Positions 27,303 through 38,342 of a stretch of 64,000 nucleotides of DNA are shown one piece after another. This DNA comes from an uncultured Gammaproteobacteria bacterium (GTDB lineage: Bacteria > Pseudomonadota > Gammaproteobacteria > UBA9214). The stretch is taken from contig CAVVHS010000005.1 of the NCBI GenBank assembly GCA_963748215.1, positions 40,922 to 104,921 of the forward strand. The letters are read 5' to 3'. Both the position numbers and the translations under genes were made by a program. The notes below the pieces were generated by a model. It was not told where the DNA came from. It saw only the letters and a program-made list of their open reading frames with translations, and searched no databases. The first letter of the stretch is position 1, and the number at the start of each line of letters is the position of its first letter.

Positions 27303-27328
27303 ACACAGGCGCCCGCGGGCGCCTGTGT
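27303..27328 (-). terminator. Hairpin terminator downstream of rplI
   Basis: Perfect 11-bp stem acacaggcgcc / ggcgcctgtgt with loop cgcg, followed on the minus strand by TGTTTCC (weak T tract). Confidence 0.5.
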
Positions 27329-27379
27329 GCTAACTGTTCAGTTACAGGATGTTACGACTTGCGGTAACTGTGCTGTTTA

Positions 27380-27826
27380 TTATTCCGGTGTAATGGTCAG
27401 TTTTATTGTTGCATTGACATCCGAATGCAGGTGTAGCTGCACATCGTATTCACCGACCTGGCGGAACACGCCGTTCGGCAGGCGCACTTCGTGACGCTCG
27501 AGCTCGACCCCCTGCGCCGTGATGGCATCGGCGATGTCCGCCGTGCCGACCGAACCGAACAGCTTGCCTTCATCGCCGGCATTTGCGGCGATGGTGATGC
27601 TCATGCCGTCCAGCCGCTCGCGGCGTGCCTCGGCGCCGGCCAGCGACGCGGAGGCGGCCTGTTCCAGCTCCGCACGAATGGCTTCGAAGGCGGCGATATT
27701 TTCCGGCGTCGCCGGCTTGGCCTTGCCCTTGGGCACCAGGTAGTTTCTGCCATAGCCCGGCCGCACCTTGACCTTGTCGCCCATGGCGCCGAGATTCTCG
27801 ATCTTTTCAAGCAGAATGATTTCCAT
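27380..27826 (-). CDS. rplI: 50S ribosomal protein L9
   Basis: [36 protein letters not shown]. The ORF-track start at 27832 is also possible. Confidence 0.95.
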   Translation of the reverse strand: MEIILLEKIENLGAMGDKVKVRPGYGRNYLVPKGKAKPATPENIAAFEAIRAELEQAASASLAGAEARRERLDGMSITIAANAGDEGKLFGSVGTADIADAITAQGVELERHEVRLPNGVFRQVGEYDVQLHLHSDVNATIKLTITPE

Positions 27827-27852
27827 GTTCACAACCTCTGAAAGTAGTTTCG

Positions 27853-28788
27853 TTAATTCCCGCCGCTTCCGCCGCGCTGGAAGCGGCGACGGAAGTCCAG
27901 CCAGGTGTCCAGCAACCCGCCGCCGGCCAGCAACAGACTCGCCTGCGGCAGCAACGCCAGCGCCAGGTACACGGCGACCAGCCAGCCTGTACCCCGTCCG
28001 GCCTGTTTGACCAGGCTGTGTATCACCGCCAGCCCGGTCAGCAGGTAGGGCACCAGCATCACCATGGCCAGCTGCGCGGCCAGGTCACCCGCCGCATCCG
28101 GCACGAAGCGCGCCAGCAACATCATGGCCACTGTCAGCAGCCCGGAGAGGTTTCCCAGCCGCAAGCTGCAGAATTCCTCGCGGAATGCGCCCGGGTGCAC
28201 CAGCAATGACTGCCACCAGCGCGCCAGTAACAGGCTGCCGACGATACCGGTGATCAGTGATGCCACGATCACGCCGGTCATCAGGGCGGCAATCTGTCCG
28301 ACCAGCTCGCTGTCGCCGAGCGACTGCACCTTGATGCCGGCCTCGCCCAGTGTCGTCTCGAATTCCTGCAGCCGGACCACCCACCAGGGCGCCGGGTCGC
28401 CGAAGTAGCCGTACACCGCCAGCATCAGGCAGCCGCCGAACAGCACGGACGCGAGCAGCGCCTGTGACAGCGACCGCGTCTGCCGCAGCACCAGCGCCAG
28501 CATCCAGCACGGCAGCCACAGCAGCAATACCAGCAGCAGGTTCAGCACCACGACCGCGTGCAGGCCGATCAGCTGGTAGAACAGCAGTGTCGCGGCACTC
28601 GCCAGCACCAGCACCTGCAGACCGGGCAGTATGCCGATATGCAAGGTCACCAGCGCAACGGCTGCCGCCGCCAGGTAACTCAGTACCGTGGTGAACGGCA
28701 CCATCAGGTACGTCAATGCACCTGCGGCCGCGGTCACCAGCACGGCCTGCCAGCGCCCTCTGACGATGAGTTCAGCCAGACCCTTCAT
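27853..28788 (-). CDS. Polytopic inner-membrane protein of unknown function (between rpsR and rplI)
   Basis: 311 aa with multiple hydrophobic helices. Same position as the uncharacterised membrane protein in the pseudomonad rpsF-rpsR-x-rplI cluster. Confidence 0.7.
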   Translation of the reverse strand: MKGLAELIVRGRWQAVLVTAAAGALTYLMVPFTTVLSYLAAAAVALVTLHIGILPGLQVLVLASAATLLFYQLIGLHAVVVLNLLLVLLLWLPCWMLALVLRQTRSLSQALLASVLFGGCLMLAVYGYFGDPAPWWVVRLQEFETTLGEAGIKVQSLGDSELVGQIAALMTGVIVASLITGIVGSLLLARWWQSLLVHPGAFREEFCSLRLGNLSGLLTVAMMLLARFVPDAAGDLAAQLAMVMLVPYLLTGLAVIHSLVKQAGRGTGWLVAVYLALALLPQASLLLAGGGLLDTWLDFRRRFQRGGSGGN

Positions 28789-28837
28789 GTTAACGGATTA
28801 CCGGTCTGCAACCCCGGCACCCTGCACGATTCCCGTG

Positions 28838-29062
28838 CTAGTGCGCATCCGTATACGGCAGCAGGGACAGGAAGCGCGCGCGCTTGATCGCTGTGGACAG
28901 CTGGCGCTGGTACCTGGCCTTGGTGCCGGTAATGCGGCTGGGCACAATCTTGCCGGTCTCGCTGACGTACTGCTTCAGTACGGCAAGGTCCTTGTAATCG
29001 ATTTCCTTGGTTTCCTCCGCGGTGAAGCGGCAGAACTTGCGGCGACGGTAGAAACGGGCCAT
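28838..29062 (-). CDS. rpsR: 30S ribosomal protein S18
   Basis: [16 protein letters not shown]...[27 protein letters not shown]. Confidence 0.97.
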   Translation of the reverse strand: MARFYRRRKFCRFTAEETKEIDYKDLAVLKQYVSETGKIVPSRITGTKARYQRQLSTAIKRARFLSLLPYTDAH

Positions 29063-29097
29063 GGTGATTCCTCTTCAGATTCGGTAACGGTGCGTTT

Positions 29098-29553
29098 TCA
29101 GGATGCGTCGGCTTCGGCGGTTTTGGCGCTTTCGGCGGCTTCGTCGGTTTCGGCAGCGCTATCGTCGTCGGACGCTGCCTTGACATCACCAGCGGCACGG
29201 TCTTCATCACGCGGTTCCCGCTCGCGCTTCTCTTCCGGCCTCTTGATCAGCAGGGACGGCTCTGTCACCGCCGCCTTGCGGCTGATCACGAGGTTGCGGA
29301 TAACGGCATCGTTGAAACGGAAGGAACTGTTCAGTTCTTCCAGCACGGGCGTGCTGCACTCGATGTTCATCAGCACGTAATGCGCCTTGTGCAGTTTCTG
29401 TATCGGGTAGGCCAGCTGGCGACGGCCCCAGTCTTCCAGGCGGTGTATCTTGCCGCCGTCACTCTCGATCGTCGCGCGGTAACGCTCGATCATGCCAGGC
29501 ACCTGTTCACTCTGGTCAGGGTGGACCAGAAACACGACTTCATAATGTCTCAT
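29098..29553 (-). CDS. rpsF: 30S ribosomal protein S6 (with an extended acidic C-terminal tail)
   Basis: [25 protein letters not shown]. The C-terminal ~45 aa are rich in D, E and A. Confidence 0.96.
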   Translation of the reverse strand: MRHYEVVFLVHPDQSEQVPGMIERYRATIESDGGKIHRLEDWGRRQLAYPIQKLHKAHYVLMNIECSTPVLEELNSSFRFNDAVIRNLVISRKAAVTEPSLLIKRPEEKREREPRDEDRAAGDVKAASDDDSAAETDEAAESAKTAEADAS

Positions 29554-29720
29554 CTCAAAGACCCCTTGTGGATTGGCAGCCTGCAGTCGCTGCTGCAGGC
29601 AAGGAGTTGGTTTTTCAGCTGATAATCAGCCGCTTGTAAAGAGCGCGCATTTTAGGGTAAGCCACCGGGCATGTAAAGCCCGCGTCCCGCCAGCCTGATG
29701 CATCGGTGAAACTCCGGTCT

Positions 29721-29935
29721 CATTCGTCATGCCGGTGCACGACTGCATGGAGGAGGTGAGACCGGGAACCGGTCGAGAGGCTGGCCTGGGCCATGCAAGA
29801 AGGTACGAGTCCATGGACGGACTCGGTAGAGCGAAGCAGGAAGCCAGAGCCGAGAGCGACGCAGGAAGCCAAAGCCGAGGCCGGCATCCAGGCGTCGGAT
29901 GGAATGGATTCCGGCTTACGCCGGAATGACGGAAA
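29721..29935. repeat. Mosaic REP-like array
   Basis: Shares the 21-mer ggtcgagaggctggcctgggc (29771-29791), gtccatggacggact (29809-29823) and ggccggcatccagg (29879-29892) with the arrays at 8040-8395 and 430-1060. Terminal hairpin ggattccggcttacgccggaatgacg. Confidence 0.7.
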
Positions 29936-29999
29936 ATCAAAGATCAGAGCATCCTGAAAGTCCGCAGTCCTCCCGAAAAATTCCCCAAATATATCTGTT

Positions 30000-30761
30000 T
30001 TATATATTGTTTTTTATACCACCTCGCCGCTGGCGCACGGCCTCGAACAGCAGCACCCCCGCCGCCACCGATACATTCAGGCTCGACACCGTACCGGCCA
30101 TGGGGATGCCCAGCTCGAAATCGCACAGTTCCCGGGTCAGCCGGCGCAGGCCACTGCCCTCGCTGCCCAGCACCAGCGCCAGCGGCCCGGTCAGGTCGGC
30201 GTCGTAGACCTGCTGTGGTGCGCTGTCGCTGGCGCCGTACAGCCAGATGCCCGCCTCGCGCAGTACGCGCAGGCTGCGCGCCAGGTTGGTAACGGTGAAG
30301 ATCGGCATGGACTGCACGGCACCGCAGGCGACCTTGTGCACCACCGGCGTGATACCCGCGGCACGGTCTTTCGGCAGGATCACCGCCTGCACGCCGGCGG
30401 CGTCCGCGCTGCGCAGGCAGGCGCCCAGGTTATGCGGGTCCTGCACCCCGTCCAGCACCAGCAGGAAGGCCGGCGCAGTCAGCGCGGCCAGAAAATCCGG
30501 CAGCGCCTTTTCGTCCATCACGCAACTGCCGCCCTGCACCGTGGCGACCACGCCCTGGTGGTTGCGCCCCGGCAGCCGGCGGTCGAGCGCCTGGCGCGTC
30601 ACGCGTTCGACCGGAATACCGGCCTCCGTCACGCGCGCCAGCAGCTCCGCGCAACGCCGCTCGGCGCTATCGGCTACCGCCAGCGCACTTACCGCGGCCG
30701 GGCGCGCGGCCAGCAAGGCTGCCACGGCATGCGCCCCGTATACGTACTCCGGCGTAGTCAC
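30000..30761 (-). CDS. rlmB: 23S rRNA (guanosine2251-2'-O)-methyltransferase (SpoU family)
   Basis: 253 aa. SpoU motifs LVLGSEGSGLR and IPMAGTVSSLNVSVAAGV. Located downstream of rnr, as in E. coli. Confidence 0.9.
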   Translation of the reverse strand: MTTPEYVYGAHAVAALLAARPAAVSALAVADSAERRCAELLARVTEAGIPVERVTRQALDRRLPGRNHQGVVATVQGGSCVMDEKALPDFLAALTAPAFLLVLDGVQDPHNLGACLRSADAAGVQAVILPKDRAAGITPVVHKVACGAVQSMPIFTVTNLARSLRVLREAGIWLYGASDSAPQQVYDADLTGPLALVLGSEGSGLRRLTRELCDFELGIPMAGTVSSLNVSVAAGVLLFEAVRQRRGGIKNNI

Positions 30762-30777
30762 GGCGAATCGGGCTGAC

Positions 30778-33054
30778 TCACTTGCGCGACTTACGGTTCA
30801 AACCGGAGCCGCGGCGCGACTTGCGCTGCTTCTTGCCGCGCGCCGGCTGGCTCTCGTCCAGTTCGAAGTCGATCTTGCGATCGTCGAGGTTGACCTGCAC
30901 CACCTTGACCGCAACCTCGTCGCCGAGCCGGAAGATGCGCCGGGTGCGCTCGCCGATCAGCCAGTGCCGGGTCGGCTCATAATGATAGTAGTCGTTGCCG
31001 AGCGCGGTGACATGCACCAGCCCTTCCACGTAGATGTCCTTGAGTTCCACGAAAATCCCGAACGAGGTCGTGGTGCTGATGATGCCGGAGAACGTTTCAC
31101 CGATCTTGTCGAGCATGAACTCGCACTTCAGCCAGTCGACGGCATCGCGCGTCGCCTCATCGGCACGCCGCTCGGTCGTCGAGCAATGTTCACCGAGGTC
31201 GAGCATCGCGGCAGCATTGTAATGGAAGGACTTCGCCTTCTTCTCTGCCAGTACGTGGCGGATGGCGCGATGTACCAGCAGGTCCGGATAGCGGCGGATG
31301 GGCGAGGTGAAGTGCACGTAGTGTTCGTGCGCCAGTCCGAAGTGACCGATATTCACCGGGCTGTACTCGGCGCGCGGCATGGAACGCAGCAGCACGGTGT
31401 TGATAAGGTGCTCGTCCGGACGCCCGTGCACCTGTTCCAGCAGTGCGGAATAATCGCGTGCGGACGGCTTGGCTCCGCCGCGCAGCCCGAGGCCCAGCTC
31501 GTTCAGGAATTCCTGCAGGTCGGATATCTTCTCGGCCGCCGGCATGGCGTGCACGCGGAACAGGGTTGGCATGTTGTGGCGTTCCAGCAGGCGTGCAGCG
31601 GCGACGTTGGCGGCGATCATGCACTCCTCGATGACCTTGTGCGCATCATTGCGCACCAGTGGCACGATCCGCTCGATCTTGCGCTCCGCGCCGAACACGA
31701 TACGCGTCTCGGTAGTCTCGAAATCGATCGCGCCGCGCGTCTGGCGTGCATCGCGCAGTGCCTGGTAGAGCCGGTACAGTTCATCGAGATGCGGCACCAG
31801 CGCCTCGCGCCGCGCACACGCCTGCTCGTCCCGCTCGACCATGATGGCGGCCGCCTCCGCGTAGGTCAGCCGGGCATGTGAACGCATCAGGCCATCGAAA
31901 AAGCGCGAACGCACCAGACTGCCATCGCGCTTGATGATCATCTCGCTCACCAGACACAGGCGGTCGACATCCGGATTCAGCGAACACAGGCCGTTGGACA
32001 GGACCTCCGGCAGCATCGGGATGACGCGCTCGGGGAAATACACCGAGTTGCCGCGCTCCAGCGCCTCGGCATCCAGCGCCGTATCGGGGTAGACGTAGTG
32101 CGAGACATCGGCGATGGCGACCAGCAGGCGCCAGCCGCTGGGCGTGCGCTCGCAGTACACGGCGTCGTCGAAGTCGCGCGCATCGGCACCGTCGATGGTG
32201 ACCAGCGGCAGCTCGCGCAGGTCCTCGCGTCCGCGCTTCGCCGCTTCCGGCACCTCCGCGCCCAGCCCGGCGGTCTCCTGTTCCACGGCCGGCGGCCAGG
32301 CCAGCGGCACGTCGTGGCTGCGGATGGCGATATCGATTTCCATGCCCGGCGCCATGTGATCACCCAGCACCTCGATCACCCGCCCGACCGGCGGCGTGCG
32401 CTTGCTCGGCTGCTCGATGATTTCGACGGTGACGATCTGGCCGTGTGTCGCGCCGCCGGTCTCGCCGGCCGGCACGACCACTTCCTGCGGCAGGCGCTTG
32501 CTGTCGGGACTGACAAACGTCGCGCCACTTTCATTGTAGAAACGGCCTACCAGCTTCTGGGTGTTGCGCCGGATCACCTCGACCACCGAGCCCTCGCGGC
32601 GCCCGCGCCGGTCCAGGCCGGTGATCCGCACCAGCGCGCGGTCGCCGTGAAACAGCGCGCGCATCTGGCGCGCCGACAGGAACACGTCGTCGCCGGCATC
32701 GTCGGGGACCAGGAAGCCGAAGCCGTCCTGGTGGCCGATGATGCGGCCGGCGACCAGATCGAGCCGGTCCGCCAGCGCATAGCAATCGCGCCGGTTGCGC
32801 ACCAGCTGACCATCGCGCGACATGGCATTCAGGCGCCGGCGCAGGGCCTCGAGCCCGTCCTCGGTGTCAATGGCGAGCAGCGCGGCGAGTTCCTCCCGGC
32901 TGACCGGGTGATCGACATCGTTGATGACCTCGAGGATGTGCTCGCGGCTGGCGATCGGCCGCTCGTAACGGGTCGCCTCCCGCTCCGCGTGCGGGTCGTC
33001 CTGGCGACTGGAGGAATTCTTGTTACCGGGTTTACGTGGCATGGTCGGGTTCAC
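30778..33054 (-). CDS. rnr: Ribonuclease R
   Basis: 758 aa. RNB domain (TIDGADARDFDDAV), a C-terminal S1 domain and a basic tail. Confidence 0.95.
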   Translation of the reverse strand: MNPTMPRKPGNKNSSSRQDDPHAEREATRYERPIASREHILEVINDVDHPVSREELAALLAIDTEDGLEALRRRLNAMSRDGQLVRNRRDCYALADRLDLVAGRIIGHQDGFGFLVPDDAGDDVFLSARQMRALFHGDRALVRITGLDRRGRREGSVVEVIRRNTQKLVGRFYNESGATFVSPDSKRLPQEVVVPAGETGGATHGQIVTVEIIEQPSKRTPPVGRVIEVLGDHMAPGMEIDIAIRSHDVPLAWPPAVEQETAGLGAEVPEAAKRGREDLRELPLVTIDGADARDFDDAVYCERTPSGWRLLVAIADVSHYVYPDTALDAEALERGNSVYFPERVIPMLPEVLSNGLCSLNPDVDRLCLVSEMIIKRDGSLVRSRFFDGLMRSHARLTYAEAAAIMVERDEQACARREALVPHLDELYRLYQALRDARQTRGAIDFETTETRIVFGAERKIERIVPLVRNDAHKVIEECMIAANVAAARLLERHNMPTLFRVHAMPAAEKISDLQEFLNELGLGLRGGAKPSARDYSALLEQVHGRPDEHLINTVLLRSMPRAEYSPVNIGHFGLAHEHYVHFTSPIRRYPDLLVHRAIRHVLAEKKAKSFHYNAAAMLDLGEHCSTTERRADEATRDAVDWLKCEFMLDKIGETFSGIISTTTSFGIFVELKDIYVEGLVHVTALGNDYYHYEPTRHWLIGERTRRIFRLGDEVAVKVVQVNLDDRKIDFELDESQPARGKKQRKSRRGSGLNRKSRK

Positions 33055-33159
33055 TCAGGTAGGGGTCGATGCGCGTCCTGGAACGGGCAAATTGACAAGA
33101 TAAAAAGCAGACGGTAGAGTTCGCGGCTCTCCAGGCAGCTTCAGGCTGTACTGCATCAC

Positions 33160-33246
33160 GCCGAGGTGGTGAAATTGGTAGACACGCTAGCTTCAGGTGC
33201 TAGTGGGGGAAACCCCGTGGAGGTTCAAGTCCTCTCCTCGGCACCA
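33160..33246 (+). tRNA. tRNA-Leu (anticodon CAG)
   Basis: 87 nt. Acceptor stem GCCGAGG/CCTCGGC; anticodon stem CTAGC/GCTAG with loop TTCAGGT; long variable arm; T-arm GGAGGTTCAAGTCCTCT; encoded CCA. Confidence 0.93.
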
Positions 33247-33280
33247 CTTCAATCCCGTTCCGTCATCCACGCACCCGTGC

Positions 33281-34651
<1,371 letters not shown>

Positions 34652-34697
34652 TCATGCAAACATGCCCGCGCGCGAGTCACAGGTCCGGTGAAATGCC

Positions 34698-35885
34698 TCA
34701 CTCGAGCGCCCGTACGACCCAGGTGCCGGCGTCCCGCACCAGCTGCCGGTCACAGCCCATGTCCCGCGCCCCCCCGGCCTGGCCGGGCAAGGCCATCACC
34801 ACCCGCTCACCCTGACCGCGCAATGTCGCGACCGCGTCGTCAAGCCGGGCATCATTCTCCGCGGGGGCGAATACTGCACCCGGGCGGCCATCGAAGTCAC
34901 GCGGACTCAGGTCCATCAGGGTCCGCAGGTCGGTGCTGAAGCCGGTCGCAGGCCGGGCGCGCCCGAATACCTCGCCGATGGCATCGTAACGACCGCCACG
35001 GGCGACCTCCTGCCCGCAACCGGGCACGAACACCGCGAACACCATGCCGGTCTGGTAGCGGTAGCCGCGCAGTTCCGCAAGATCGAAATCGATCTGCACG
35101 TCGCCGGCACGCTGCTGCAGGCGATCGGCTATGGCACGCAGGTTCTCCAGCGCCTGGATCACCTGCACGCCGGCGCCGTCCAGCACCTCGCGCGCGCCGT
35201 AGAGTACGTCCCAGCCGCCGTTTAGCCCGGCCAGCACCGCCAGCCGTTCGCGCTGGCCGGCATCGCGCACGGTCTGGTCCAGCATCTCGCCGATCTCGGC
35301 AACCGCCTTGCGCTGCAGCGCTTCGAACAGGTCGTTTTCCTGCCCGGCGTTCAGCCCCGCGTCCCGCGCCAGGCCACGGAAAATGCCGACATGCCCGAGA
35401 TTGACATGCACGTCCGGGATTTCCAGCAATGCCAGCGATTCCAGCACCAGCAGCAGGATCTCGACGTCGCTCTCGATGCCGGCATGGCCGAACAGCTCGG
35501 CGCCCACCTGCAGCGGGCTGCGCGAACTGCCGAAGCCGTCGCTGCGCGTGTGCAGCACCGTACCCATGTAGCAAAGCCGTGTCGGCGCATCGCGCCGCAG
35601 CGGGTGCGCGTCGATGCGTGCCGCCTGCGGCGTCATGTCGGCACGCACACCCATCATGCGCCCGCTCATCAGGTCGGTGACCTTGAAGGTCTGCAGGTCG
35701 AGGTCGTTGCCGGCGCCGGTCAGCAGCGATTCGAGATACTCGATAAGCGGAGGCATTATCAGCGCGTAGCCCCAGCCTGCGAACAGGTCGAGCAGTTCGC
35801 GCCGCGCGGACTCGAGCCGCCACGCCTCGGGCGGCAGCACCTCTTCGATGCCTTCCGGTAATAACCATTGGTCCTCGCGACTCAT
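34698..35885 (-). CDS. hisZ: ATP phosphoribosyltransferase regulatory subunit
   Basis: 395 aa. HisRS-like core lacking an anticodon-binding domain. hisZ-purA adjacency downstream of hflKC matches the pseudomonad arrangement. Confidence 0.88.
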   Translation of the reverse strand: MSREDQWLLPEGIEEVLPPEAWRLESARRELLDLFAGWGYALIMPPLIEYLESLLTGAGNDLDLQTFKVTDLMSGRMMGVRADMTPQAARIDAHPLRRDAPTRLCYMGTVLHTRSDGFGSSRSPLQVGAELFGHAGIESDVEILLLVLESLALLEIPDVHVNLGHVGIFRGLARDAGLNAGQENDLFEALQRKAVAEIGEMLDQTVRDAGQRERLAVLAGLNGGWDVLYGAREVLDGAGVQVIQALENLRAIADRLQQRAGDVQIDFDLAELRGYRYQTGMVFAVFVPGCGQEVARGGRYDAIGEVFGRARPATGFSTDLRTLMDLSPRDFDGRPGAVFAPAENDARLDDAVATLRGQGERVVMALPGQAGGARDMGCDRQLVRDAGTWVVRALE

Positions 35886-35894
35886 GTCGGTTTC

Positions 35895-36023
35895 CTAGCC
35901 CGCAATGCTCGCCGGGGCAGTCAGCGACCGATGACACACTGTTTGTTGCCGAATAGGTATTGGTTTCATCGTTTCAGCTCAGCATTTTTGTATAACCGCC
36001 GCCCGGTGAAACATGCGGGCTAG
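35895..36023. mobile_element. MITE-like element, copy 2 (opposite orientation to copy 1)
   Basis: Bounded by ctagcccgcaatgctcgccgggg and cccggtgaaacatgcgggctag. The interior matches copy 1 at 39/47 over the compared core. The right CTAG contains the DUF2065 gene stop, and the left end lies 9 nt from the hisZ ATG. Confidence 0.6.
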
Positions 36024-36217
36024 CGCACCAGGTACAGCATAACGATTCCGCACAGCATGCTGGCCAGTCCGGCCACGCGCAAGGTGCGGTCATCGAGCTG
36101 CGACGCGGTCTCCAGCATGCGCCGCAGGTAGCCCGGATTGAGAAAGGGGATCACGCCTTCGATGACCAGCACCAGTGCCAGCGCCGCCAGCAGATCAGTC
36201 CAGTTCAGCTCCAGCAT
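36020..36217 (-). CDS. DUF2065 small membrane protein (YjeT-like)
   Basis: 65 aa with two TM helices, at the conserved position after hflC. Confidence 0.8.
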   Translation of the reverse strand: MLELNWTDLLAALALVLVIEGVIPFLNPGYLRRMLETASQLDDRTLRVAGLASMLCGIVMLYLVR

Positions 36218-36267
36218 TCAAAAAGCCCCGGGGGTCCGCCCGGGGCATCCTGTCGCATGCAACACTC

Positions 36268-37140
36268 TCAGGGAGCCTGCTCGCCGCTGGCGCTGCCGAA
36301 GTACTTGAAGAACTCGGAATCCGGCTCCAGCACCAGCACGTCCTGCTGGCTCGAGAGCGCCGTGCGGTAGGCATTCATGCTGCGGTAGAAATCGTAGAAC
36401 TCGCGGTTCTTGCCGAAGGCCTTGCCGTAGATCTCCGTGGCTTTTGCATCGCCCTCGCCGCGGATCTTCTCGGCATCGCGCTGCGCCTCGGCGAGCAGCA
36501 CCGTGCGATCCCTTTCGGAGACGGCACGAATGCCCTTGGCCGACTCCTCGCCCTGGGCGCGCAGGTCTTTGGCAATACGTTCACGCTCGGTGCGCATGCG
36601 CTCGTATACCGAGTTGCGCACGTCCTCCGGCAGTTCGATCTGCTTGATACGGGTATCCACGATAACGATACCGAATGCCGCAATCTGCTCATTGGCTGTA
36701 TCGGTCAGGTTATCCGTCATCCGGGCACGATCCTCGGCCACCACCTGCTGGATGGTGCGCTGATCGAACTCCAGCTGCAGACCGTTCTTGATGATCTGCA
36801 ACAGGCGCAGACTGGCCTGGCGCTCGTCGCCCATGAACGAGGTGTAGTAGGCAGCAGGATTGAGGATGCGCCACTTGACGAAGAAATCCACCGTGACGTT
36901 TTTCTTCTCGCCGGTCAGAAAGCGCTCCGGGCGAGTGTCAAGCGTCAGGATGCGCTTGTCGAACTTGCGCACGTTGTTGACAGGCCAGGGCGCCTTGAAA
37001 TGCAGGCCAGGCTCGTAGGACGAGTCGACGACTTTACCCAACTGGAATTTGATGGCGTATTCGCGCTCATCGACGATGAAGACACAACTCAGGCCGACCA
37101 GTGCGGCCAGTACGAATATGACTATCAGTAAACGGACCAT
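36268..37140 (-). CDS. hflC: Protease modulator HflC
   Basis: 290 aa. N-terminal TM plus an SPFH/band-7 domain, directly after hflK. Confidence 0.95.
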   Translation of the reverse strand: MVRLLIVIFVLAALVGLSCVFIVDEREYAIKFQLGKVVDSSYEPGLHFKAPWPVNNVRKFDKRILTLDTRPERFLTGEKKNVTVDFFVKWRILNPAAYYTSFMGDERQASLRLLQIIKNGLQLEFDQRTIQQVVAEDRARMTDNLTDTANEQIAAFGIVIVDTRIKQIELPEDVRNSVYERMRTERERIAKDLRAQGEESAKGIRAVSERDRTVLLAEAQRDAEKIRGEGDAKATEIYGKAFGKNREFYDFYRSMNAYRTALSSQQDVLVLEPDSEFFKYFGSASGEQAP

Positions 37141-37142
37141 GG

Positions 37143-38273
37143 CTATCGTCCTCCCTCGCTACGCGAGCTGCTGCGCAGACGGATGTCGGTCTGCTCGCCG
37201 GACGGCGATTTGCTGTTGTACGACGCACCCTCATCGGGCGAATTCAGATAACTGCCGCGCGGCTCCATCAGCTTGTCGAGCGGGATGTACATCAGGTTGT
37301 TGCCGTCCTTGACCCCCATGACCACCTTGCTGGTATTCGCCAGCACGTATTCCATGGTCTCGATGTACAGGCGCTTGCGCGTCACAGCGGGCTCCTTCTC
37401 GTATTCGGTCAGCGTCTGCAGGAAACGGCTGGACTCACCCTCCGCCTTGGCGATGACCTGCTCGCGGTAGGCATTGGCCGCCTCGCGCAGGCGCGTGGCA
37501 TCACCGCGCGCCCTGGGCAGGATATCCAGGGAGTAGGCCTCGGCCTGGTTGCGATAGCGCACCTGGTCCTCGCGCGCCTTGATGGCATCCTCGAACGCGC
37601 CCTGCACCTCTTCCGGCGGCTGCGGGTCCTGCAGGTTGACACTGGTCAGAATCAGGCCGGTCTGGTATCTGTCGAGCGTCTCCTGGGTCAGCTCCTTGGT
37701 CAGGCGCACGATCTCGCCACGACCGCCGCTGAAAAACTCGTCCATGGTGCTGGATCCGATTACCTCGCGCAGTGCACTCTCACTCGCTTCCTGCAGGGTG
37801 AAGTCCGGATCGCGCACCCGGAACAGGTAATCCTTGGCGTCCTTGACCTGGTATTGCACGGCCAGCTCGACCTGGATGATGTTCTCGTCCTTGGTCAGCA
37901 TCTTGGCCCGGTGACTGACCGTGCGCAGCCGGTCGACATCGACCACGTTGATGGTGTCGATACCGCGCGGATACCAGTGCGGTCCCGGGCCTGTGATGGT
38001 GTGGAATTCGCCCAGGCGCAGTACCACGCCGCGCTCGGCCGGCTCGATGATATAGATGCCGGACAGCACCCAGGCCACCAATGCCACCACCAGCAGCAGG
38101 CTGAAGTTGAACGGCTTGCCGGTCCCGGCGCCGCGCCCGGACTTGCCGCCGAAAAAGCTGTTCATTCGCTCGCGCAGCTTGCGCGCCACTTCGTCGAGGT
38201 CCGGCGGTCCGTCGTTCCCGCCACCGCCACCCCACGGGTCACGCTTGCCACCACCCGGTTCATTCCAAGCCAT
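37143..38273 (-). CDS. hflK: FtsH protease activity modulator HflK
   Basis: Start trimmed to MAWNEPGGGKRDPWGGGGG (canonical HflK N-terminus). SPFH domain. Confidence 0.95.
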   Translation of the reverse strand: MAWNEPGGGKRDPWGGGGGNDGPPDLDEVARKLRERMNSFFGGKSGRGAGTGKPFNFSLLLVVALVAWVLSGIYIIEPAERGVVLRLGEFHTITGPGPHWYPRGIDTINVVDVDRLRTVSHRAKMLTKDENIIQVELAVQYQVKDAKDYLFRVRDPDFTLQEASESALREVIGSSTMDEFFSGGRGEIVRLTKELTQETLDRYQTGLILTSVNLQDPQPPEEVQGAFEDAIKAREDQVRYRNQAEAYSLDILPRARGDATRLREAANAYREQVIAKAEGESSRFLQTLTEYEKEPAVTRKRLYIETMEYVLANTSKVVMGVKDGNNLMYIPLDKLMEPRGSYLNSPDEGASYNSKSPSGEQTDIRLRSSSRSEGGR

Positions 38274-38342
38274 ACATTCGCTCCAGTCAGCAAAAATGCG
38301 CCCTGCATGACAGGCATGCATGCGCGTCGAAAGTGTGCAAGT

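Noticed and set aside
30247-33117. ORFs 30247-31881 (+) and 32098-33117 (+)
   Set aside because: Antisense to rlmB/rnr, with low-complexity translations.
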